From assembly GCF_009914755.1 (NCBI RefSeq), contig NC_060936.1: DNA of 64,000 nucleotides; one strand, written 5' to 3'. The position numbers and the translations under genes were made by a program. Shown one piece after another: positions 47,644-64,000 of this stretch (position 1 is the first letter of the stretch; each line of letters starts with the position of its first letter). Source of the stretch: the human T2T-CHM13v2.0 reference genome, Homo sapiens. The notes under the pieces were generated by a model. The model was not told where the DNA came from. It made no database searches and saw only the letters and a list, made by a program, of their open reading frames with translations.

Positions 47644-48047
47644 TCAGATATGAATAAGAACATGGGTGGTTAGACATCTCTCCCATCATAGGAGGAGAGA
47701 GGGAGGAAAAGGTGGGTGTCTGCCTATGTACTTACGGAGGTTGGAGGTGGCAAGTTATGGGAGCTCCTGTCAGAAGGCTTTCATTTTCTCTGTGAAATAG
47801 GTTATGAGAATGATGGAACAGGAAGCAGGAGAGAACAGCTACCACCATTCTTTCCTTATAGGTAAGACATGGGCAAATCAAATAATATTTGGCAATAAGG
47901 CATCAACACACAGTTGCATGTAATAAAGTAGGCTGGAATTTATTCTCAAGGTAATGAGGATCTATTCCATTAAGATTTTTACATATGGTGGCTAAATAAT
48001 TAGTGTTTCTGCCTCAGTTTAGCAGTAGTATTTTCTGGTGCACCTGA

Positions 48048-48476
<429 letters not shown>

Positions 48477-48489
48477 CCCAGTCAGCTTT

Positions 48490-50373
<1,884 letters not shown>

Positions 50374-51141
50374 CCACCAGCATTTCTCATCCAGGACAGG
50401 GCTCCTCCCAGGGTGTCTGACTGTGGGCATGCTCCCCTCTTCAGGGTGGGCCCACCCTGAAGCACTCCCTGCCCACAGTGGCATGCTTTTTCTTCTGTCT
50501 CCCATCAGAACATAGGGTACCAGCAATATTTACTCACTAAGAAATTGTTTCCTTTCATCTTTCTTTCTAAATTATAAAATGAAAAGTCATCTTCTTTAAT
50601 GTTCAACATTTCTAAATGTCTGATTTGTTTAAATTTATAAATAATTTATAGATTTAAATTTACTGATTTGTGTTAAATTTATTCACCACTGTTTATTTAC
50701 TACCTACCCAAGTTCCCAGGTAGTCTACGGGGTTCTAAACTGTAGCAGTGAACAAAACAGACGAAAACCCCTGCTTTACTGGAGTTTACATTTCGGCGTG
50801 GGAGACAGGCAGTAAATAAACACATTCATAAATATGTAATAGGTCAGGTGGTGTGTGTTGAAGGCCAACGTATGTCAGTGTGGGCCACTTTAGATAGGGT
50901 GGTGACATTTCAACAGAGACTCCCCAAAAAGTGAGGGCATCACTGAGAAGATAGCTAGGGGAGAAGTTTTCAAGTCAGTCGGAAAGGCACGTGCAAAGGC
51001 CCTGAGGTGGGAGAATACCTGGCATGTTGAAGAAAGCAAGGAGGCCAGTGTGGCTGGAGTTTACTGAGAAGGAAGAAGGTTACAGGCAAGGGCTCCAGAA
51101 CCAGGCTGCCTCGGTTCAAATCCCTGCTTACAAGTCGGGTG

Positions 51142-52128
51142 ACCTTGGGCGACTTATTTACTCTCTCTTTGCCTCAGGGCTGTCATCTGAAAAATGGAAA
51201 TAATGATAATGTGTACCTCAGAGGCTTGTTATGAGGATTAATAATTGCAAAGCACTTAGAACAGGGCCTGGCACATAGTAAGTGCTCTGTAAGTGAATCT
51301 TAACCTAAAAAAGGAGAAGAATGATGAAAAATCCAAATTGAAGCAACTATTTCAATATCATAAAATTACTAATCTATATTCTTTTAAAATGTCAATGTCT
51401 TAAAAGACAAGAAAAGGCTAAAGAATTGATTCAAATTAAACGAGACTAGAGAGACACTACAAGTAAATGTCATCTGTGATTATGGGCTGGACCCTGTGCC
51501 AAGAAAAAATACTCTAAAGAACATTAGTAGAATTAAATTGATTAAGTTAGCATACAGACTGTAGATTAGATAAAAGTATTATATCAATATTAAAGTTCCT
51601 GACATTGATAACTATATTGTGGTTATCACAATATAGTTGGGCGACACCTTGGGCGACTTATTTACTCTCTCTTTGCCTCAGGGCTGTCATCTGAAAAATG
51701 GAAATAATGATAATGTGTACCTCAGAGGCTTGTTATGAGGATTAATAATTGCAAAGCACTTAGAACAGGGCCTGGCACATAGTAAGTGCTCTGTAAGTGA
51801 ATCTTAACCTAAAAAAGGAGAAGAATGATGAAAAATCCAAATTGAAGCAACTATTTCAATATCATAAAATTACTAATCTATATTCTTTTAAAATGTCAAT
51901 GTCTTAAAAGACAAGAAAAGGCTAAAGAATTGATTCAAATTAAACGAGACTAGAGAGACACTACAAGTAAATGTCATCTGTGATTATGGGCTGGACCCTG
52001 TGCCAAGAAAAAATACTCTAAAGAACATTAGTAGAATTAAATTGATTAAGTTAGCATACAGACTGTAGATTAGATAAAAGTATTATATCAATATTAAAGT
52101 TCCTGACATTGATAACTATATTGTGGTT
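51142..52128. repeat. Direct tandem duplication of 483 bp (51142-51624 and 51646-52128) with a 21-bp junction insert
   Basis: The two copies read identical by eye; period 504 bp; the unit consists of a MIR part and an old L1 3' fragment. Confidence 0.96.
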
Positions 52129-52997
52129 GTGTAAGAGAATATCCTTGTTCTTAAGAAATACACACAGGGGTATTAAGGGGATAAGCGGACCTACTATCAA
52201 ATGGTGTAGAGATAAGCTGTGACACACACACACATACACACAGCCTACTTCTTTAACCTAATATATTAAGTATCCTTCTCCTAGTTTCCTATACCGTAGC
52301 TGCATTGATCTCCTTGGTATTCCTTAAGAATACAAGTATGTTCTAGATCAGGGTGTAGGTATTCACTGTTTCTTTGCTTAGAATTTCTTCTCCCAGAAAT
52401 TGACTTGAATGGCTTCTTTTCATCATTCGGGTCTCAAATCCCCTTTTCAGAGAGAGCTTCCTCGACTCCCCAACCTAAAGTGTCTCCTCTCCCTAGAGTG
52501 CTTATCATTATCTGAAAATAATTAATTCATTTCTATGCTTCTTTTCCTTTTTGTCTTTTTCTTCCCACTAAACTGTACATGTCATAAGAGGAGAGATCTT
52601 CTGGATCACAACTCTATCTTCAGTACCTAGAATAGTGTCAGAAACATAAGCTCTCAATATATATTTGTTGAATGAATGGGATGGGATGGGGTGGGTTGGT
52701 GTGGGATAGGAGAAGACTCTAGGAGGAAGGTCGGCAGCATGAACCCAGTTATTAGAGAGACTGTGGGTGCATTAGTGTCTATCATTCCATCCTACTACCA
52801 GTACAACTTTTTAAGAAGGGAGATATGCTTAAAAGAGGTTGGGAGGAGAAAGAGAGAGAAAGCACAAAGAGGAAAAAAGTATAAGATATGCTTATTTGAA
52901 ACTTAGAGGTTGATCATAATCAGCAATTTTAGAGAAAAAGAGGAATCAAAGGAGAGGAACTTTGTTGACATGTCCAAAACAATTGTAATGTCAGCCA

Positions 52998-53276
52998 TTT
53001 CTTTCCTTTTTTTTGCCAGAGTTTTGCTCTTTTGCCCAGGCTGGAGTGAAGTAGCTTCCGCCCCCCAGGGTTCAAGTGATTCTCCTGCCTCAGCCTCCTG
53101 AGTAGCTGGGATTATAGGTGCTCACGACCACCCCTGGCTAATTTTTGTATTTTTAGTAGAGACAGGGTTTCATCATATTGTCCAGGCTGGTCTCAAACTC
53201 CTGACCTCAGGTGATCGACCTGGCCTGAGCCTCCCAAAGTGCTGGGATTACAGACGTGAGCTACCACACTCAGCCT
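52998..53276 (-). mobile_element. AluS with an internal deletion
   Basis: TSD TAATGTCAGCYATTTC. Confidence 0.9.
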
Positions 53277-53689
53277 AATGTCAGCTATTTCTTTTTGATG
53301 ACATAATCCACATTAAAATTGTATCTAGAACAGTAAGAGGAACCAGTCTCCAATGACATCTAAATGGGTGTATTGTCCTTTATTTTGGAAAATTCCCCTT
53401 CCATCTTATTTAGGACAATGTTGTAAGTTTCCCACTCTTGGGATCAGCACCTGGATGTTGTCTTTGGCTCTCTTCATCCTTACATTTTCTTTTTTCCCTC
53501 CTAAATCCTCAATTCTTTGTGATTCTTCTCTTATATTACTCTCACATGTGGACCTATGATGTGGGTCAGTGTTTCTCAGTGTGCTTCTTGCATCTGCTGT
53601 ATCACTTGGAGAGCCTGTTAATCATGCAGATTCCTTGGCCCCAAATCAGAATCTCTGGGACGGGTAAGCAGGGAAACTGGTAACTTTTA

Positions 53690-57545
<3,856 letters not shown>

Positions 57546-58168
57546 TTGAGCACACATATTTGACTATGGACAAAGAATTCCACCTCTGCCTATATGCTGT
57601 ATAAAGCACTGTACATCTGAAATCACACTTTTCTTGTGCAGAGATGCATTCATATGCATATGATCTTTACCAGAGAAGTTTCCAAATTTATTTGTGATGG
57701 ATGAGAATGTGTATTCAAAGGTAATATAGTACTGGAGTTATCTTCAGGGGTATTATACTCCTCTTGACTCAGCCCCTACCTCGCCACTAAAGATTCATTT
57801 TTAAATGAACAAAGCAATAGACAATAGAACATCTCTTTTAGGTGTGCCCAAAACAGAGCTTTGCTTTGCAATCCAATTTGAAGATTTTTTAAACAGTGTA
57901 TTTAGCTATTTCACATTAATTCCAAGACAAATGTTTGGTTTTTGTCATAAAATTTCAAGTTATATTTTCTATTTTTGCAATTTATAACCTCTTTGTTTTT
58001 TGTTTCCTGTGCCAACACTAAAGCATTTGTATTTTTGTGCAAATGGTTTCCTTTATAATTATGTTATTTATAACACCGTATTCACCTGCATTTCTTGAGA
58101 TAAGGCCAATTAATTTCCTACAATGAGCAGCAATAAAATTAGCATCTTTGTTCTTCCACCTCCCTCCT

Positions 58169-58613
58169 GGTGTTAGTTTGTAAGGGGTGCTGTAACAAAG
58201 TACCAAGATGTGGGTGGTTTAAGCAACAGAAATTATTATCTCACAGTTCTGGAGGCTAGAAGTTCAAGATCAAAGTGTCAGCAGGGTTAGTTTCTCCTGA
58301 GGGCTGGGAGGGAAGGACCTGTTCCATGTCACTCTCCTAGCTTCTGGTGGTCTCAGGTATTCCTTGGCTTGCAGATGGCATTCTCTCTGTGTCTTCACAT
58401 TGTCTTCACTCTGTATGCGGCTGTCTCTGAGTCCAAATTTCCACTTTTTTTTTTAATAAGGGGGCAGTCACACTGGATTAGGGCCCACCCTAATAACCTC
58501 ATCTTCGCTTAATCATCTGGAAAGACCCTATTTCTAAATAAGGCTACATTCATAGGCTCTGGGGGTTAGGATTTCAACATCTTTTTTGGAGGAGCACAAT
58601 TCAAACTATAATA
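58169..58613 (-). mobile_element. MLT1 (MLT1B/C-like) LTR
   Basis: GCTGTAACAAAGTACCA...TCTCACAGTTCTGGAGGCTAGAAGTTCAAGATCAA...GGATTAGGGCCCACCCTAAT. Confidence 0.85.
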
Positions 58614-59090
58614 CTCTTCTACTGCTAGATTTTAGCCACTTTACTCACTTCCTAGTGTTTACCTTTGAACTAGTAAATGTACTACGGTTTTATTATTAAT
58701 TTATCATTTTTAAGTTATATTTTTTACTTCTGACTCTAAATGATGAAGAAATCAAATTACTTACTACTTTCTCCCTTCCCTCTTGGTTGCCACTCAATTT
58801 TTGCTGATTATACACTGTAGAGCTTCATAACATTCACATTTTACTCTATTATTTCCATGTTTGTTCAGCTCTGCTTGCTTTTCTCATTCCTGCCTTCTTT
58901 TTCAGTTTCCGTAGTCTATTCTTTCCCTCATTTTTTTCATTTCTCTGATATTTTTATTTCTGCTTCTAACTGAGCTCTGTTGAGTTTTTGTATTTCTGCT
59001 TTTTAGTTTTGTTCTACAGTGATAATTGTTTCATTAAATTTTTATAATTCATGACAAAATATTTGGCCTAAATTTTCACCTGCTCTATAG

Positions 59091-59516
<426 letters not shown>

Positions 59517-60169
59517 TAGTTTAAAATGAATACAGTGTTTACTGTATCAGCGATTCATGGTAAGTCAATGTGGAAAAGGGGCAAGAATGTGTTTCAAGCT
59601 ATGGAAATTTTAAGAAACAATTCTCAGGTTTATATGGGAGTTTATTTAGCCTTTCCCACACCCAACCAGATAAAATCTGTTCCCAATGTAAATTGTCTCT
59701 TTTCTTAATACTCCATGGACAGATGATGAGAAGGAGGAGAAGAGGAAGAGAATGTGGAGGAAGTGAATATGGCTGCATCAAGGGATTCTTCTTTTAAACC
59801 TACATAATTTTTAAAAATCGACCTGTGCATCCCAGCTCCCATTGGTGCAAACAAGTGATTTTGATTTTGTACTTCAGTGCATGCCCTTAACCTTGGTGAA
59901 ATGTCTTTGCCACTTCTTTCTGAGATGTACAATCCTGAGTGATTGCTCCCTCTCTGAATTTTTTTGAATCCCTGCTTAATCTTCTCTACCTTTGGCATTC
60001 TTTTGCATACTTTGAGGTTCAAGGTTTTAACTGTTAAGTATTATGTTTGTATTTGCGTTTCTCCTTCTCCTTGCTATTTTTGGATAATTTTCTAAGAGGC
60101 AATAGAGAAATTCTGCTTTTATACCACCGTATTTAATTGAAAAGATGGAATCTGCATTTTGAAGGTTTC

Positions 60170-60725
60170 AGTGTGATAGATGACCTCAAGTTCTTTGATG
60201 TTCTTTCCATTGAGAGGTGGGGTCTACCTCCACTTCCCCTTGAATCTGGACTTGCTTCAGCCACTCACTTATATAACTAATAGAAGGTGGCAGAAATGAC
60301 GGAGCATGACTTTTGAGTTAAGTCAGAGAGGCCGTGCAGCTACTGCATTGTTTGCCGGTACACTTGCCCTTGGAGCCCTGGGCCATCATGTAAGAAGGCT
60401 GCCATGCTGTGAGAACACCTAAGCCACATGGAGAGGCCACATGAAAAAGCTTGGTTGATAATCCCAGTTAAGCCCAACATTCGAATCATCCTAGCCCAGG
60501 TACCAGACATGTCAGTGAAGAAGACTTCATCCGCAGACATTTGAGACATCCCCAACTGCTTAAACCTTTCCAGTGGCATCGCCCAGACATTGTGAAGCAG
60601 AGACTTGCTATCCTCACTGCGCTTTGTCGGAATTCTTGACCCATAGAATCCTTAGGTATAATAAAATGGCTGTTTTATGGCATTCGTGTGAAGGAGGATT
60701 ATTATACAGCAACAGACAATCAGAA
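60170..60725 (+). mobile_element. MLT1 (G/H-like) LTR
   Basis: CCATTGAGAGGTGGGGTCTA...GCCACATGGAGAGGCCACATG...AATTCTTGACCCATAGAATC...ACAGCAACAGACAATCAGAA. Confidence 0.75.
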
Positions 60726-61053
60726 TGTCTGGTGAATCTTTTGCACAATAAAATTTGAAAACTACTGTCTGAGATAATTTTCACTGTACTCAAGAAAGTT
60801 GACGTCATGGTTGTATGCTGTTTTAACCCAGCTAAAGTCAAACAATTCTCAGAATTTCCTTCCTTGTGTGGTTCCAGGTTGGAGCTGGCCACAAAAGAAA
60901 TTTGTTCAAGATTTTAAGTGTGGAAATGAAGAAGCAGTCACCTTTAATGCTCTAAAGGACAGTGTAGGGCATCAATTGCCATTGCAACCCAGACACATTA
61001 TCACTGATCTGCTGATTTACCTTGTTGGCGTGGATCCTCAGCTCCTTCAGCTC

Positions 61054-61846
<793 letters not shown>

Positions 61847-61889
61847 CTCCTTCAGCTCTTTGAGTTCTGGGTCAGGTGAAAGTGCTGCT

Positions 61890-63500
61890 CCGTGGTGAAA
61901 TATGCCAAAGAGTAGGATAGTTAACAGAGCCCTGGGGCAAAACAGTAAAGGAGTTGCTGCTCATCTCACATTAAAAGCAAAAACCTGAAAAACATTTGGC
62001 CCTCTTTCTTGCTGAGGATTGAAAAGAACGCCCTTGCCAACTCAATAATGTAGACCAAGCAATACAGAGCTGTGTTGTCTATTTCAGTAACATGTGCCAT
62101 ATTGCAATGTATCTGGTTTGCAATGGCAATGGTATAGCAGCTGGGTATGGGACTACAATAACGGTTCAATTTTTGTAAGTTCATAGTAGTAGTCCAGCAG
62201 CCAGTTAATTTTTTTCTTTTTCTTTCTTTCAGGACCAGAAAAGCAAATTAAACTGGAATGTTATGGAGACCACTATCCCTGCCTCCTTTCCTTTTTTAAA
62301 GGTGGCACTAATTTCTGTAATTCTTTCCAAGATGTGGCTTTCCTTCTGATATACCATCATGGCTGGAAGAGAAGACATGGGTGAGCTTAGAGGCTTCCAC
62401 TTGGCCATTTTTACCATAATAGCTCTATTCAACAGGTCAAGAGAGAAATCTGAGGACTTTTCCAGTTTTTAATTATAACCATCCCAATTATGCACTCAGG
62501 GGCCTAACCATCACTGGTAGGTTTATGTAGCCCATGTGAAGTAGACTTGGACTGGGACTCCATATATCTCCTGGCTTTCATAAGCTTCTGCTCTAACTTG
62601 GGGACTATGCTGGCATTTCAGGCCCCCTGGCAGAATTATCAGCTAAGACTGTGTGTCTAATAGCCCTCAAAAATCTGGGTATTTCCGTTTTCCCTAGTGT
62701 ATCTGGGAAAAGGCTGCAGGTCCCTTTGGGGAGGGAATGCAACCATGCTTATTGTATGTATTTGCAGTGGCATTGCAGGATTCCTTATCAAGGAGGTTAG
62801 ACTTCCTTTTCAATCAGTAGGCTTTGGTTCTGAGAACTGGCCTAAGATCTGAAACAAAGGATTGTAATTACCCATTTGGTGACTGACATCAGCTTTTGCT
62901 CACTAGCTTTCAATTTTTGTGTGGTCATATAAACCAAGCAGTAGTCTAATTGGTTGCCCTTCTGTATTGCTCTTATTAGCCATTGCCACAGATCCTAGTA
63001 GGTCAAGAAACCTTGACTGTCACTCTAGCTTTGGTCTGTATTACAGTAATTATGTTCCTCTTGACTCTTAAGATTAGACGCCACCATCTGGTCTCTGCTA
63101 TTCTTGAATCTTATCATCCCCGTTGATAATAGCACAATTCCATTGCAAAATCTCTTTCTCTCAAATGTGATATACAGATGTACTGAGGGACACTTATGGC
63201 TGACCTCAAAAGATGCTGGCGCCTCACCACCACTGTTATTACTTTCTGTACCGGTTATTACTTGGGCCTTCCTGGGGGACCTAGTCAGGTGGTAGGTTCT
63301 CTGATTCACATCACAAAGGATTTTAATATTTATACTTTTCTGGACTTGTTGACACCTTTCTCAATACTCTGTTGAGGCAATTCCAGCATCTCTATCTCAC
63401 GGGAGACTGACACTGTATCCAAGCCTCGAGGAGTCATCCCAACAGCATTTTAGGACTGACTCCAAGTGTTCTTATCAGGACATTAAGTTCCAAGTGAATT
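61890..63500 (-). mobile_element. Degenerate ERVL-class internal region (gag/pro/RT remnants)
   Basis: ORFs 62229-62432 (RAIMVKMAKWKPL...EISATFKKGKEAGIVV) and 61966-62184 (KLNR...IELARAFFSI) resemble the ERV-L reverse transcriptase N-terminus. Confidence 0.75.
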
Positions 63501-63504
63501 AACA

Positions 63505-63920
63505 TATGTTTTATTTCATATACTTATTTTTTGTGGCAAGAACACATAAAATCTACTCTTAGCAATTTTCAAGTACACCACATGTTGTTATAACCATAAT
63601 CATGTTCCACAATCACCATCTAACATCATTATATTCTGTGATAGATCTCTTAAACTTATTCCTCTTATGAAATGGAAATTTTATATCTTTTGACTGACAT
63701 CCTCCTTAATGATCCACCTACCCCTCACCATTCTACTCTCTGCCTCAATGAGTTTGATTTTTTTAGATTTCACATATAAGTGAGTTCATGTGGTATTTGT
63801 CTTTCTGGGTCTGGCTTATTTCATTTAACAAAATGTCATCCAGGTTCATCCATGTTATTGCAAATGACAGGATTCCCTTGTTCTGTTTTCAAGGCTGACT
63901 AGTATTCCATTATGTAGAGC
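63505..63920 (-). mobile_element. L1MA 3'-end fragment
   Basis: AAATCTACTCTTAGCAATTTTCAAG...CAGGTTCATCCATGTTATTGCAAATGACAGGAT. Confidence 0.8.
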
Positions 63921-64000
63921 TACTTCTAGTACCAACTGTTTAGCTTAGGTTTCTTCAAAGCGCTGAGCCTGAGACAAGGCTTGTGTGATGGTCATTATTT

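Noticed and set aside
61966-62432. Domesticated retroviral RT gene
   Set aside because: Short, frameshifted, highly diverged ERVL remnants with no continuous ORF.

Overview
Primate, almost certainly human, genomic DNA; the gene content matches chr12p13.1. It holds the complete four-exon HEBP1 gene (heme-binding protein 1, 189 aa) on the minus strand, CDS join(39781..39704, 29111..28973, 26994..26814, 15145..14974), with GT-AG introns. Head-to-head across a CpG island lies the processed serotonin-receptor pseudogene HTR7P1 (40827-44507), inserted into a MIR with a 14-bp target-site duplication (TSD). Other retrocopies are an RPS26 processed pseudogene split by an AluY, a SNORD88-like C/D snoRNA copy inside an L2, and a 70-bp polyadenylated MER41-like LTR fragment with TSDs in HEBP1 intron 2. 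The remainder is about 30 Alus plus L1, L2, MIR, LTR, ERVL and Tigger relics. I see no novel multi-gene system. The most interesting observations are: (1) an apparently identical 483-bp tandem duplication with a patchwork templated junction; (2) a GC-rich octamer array upstream of the HEBP1 ATG that forms both a G-quadruplex motif and in-frame GCCGCC-CUG codons ahead of the F2L peptide; (3) an ancestral 9-bp segment and a Kozak-flanked 83-codon ORF in HTR7P1; (4) two perfect palindromes of 24 and 26 bp. Repeat subfamily names and parent-gene comparisons come from memory of consensus sequences, repeat boundaries are approximate, and no searches were run.
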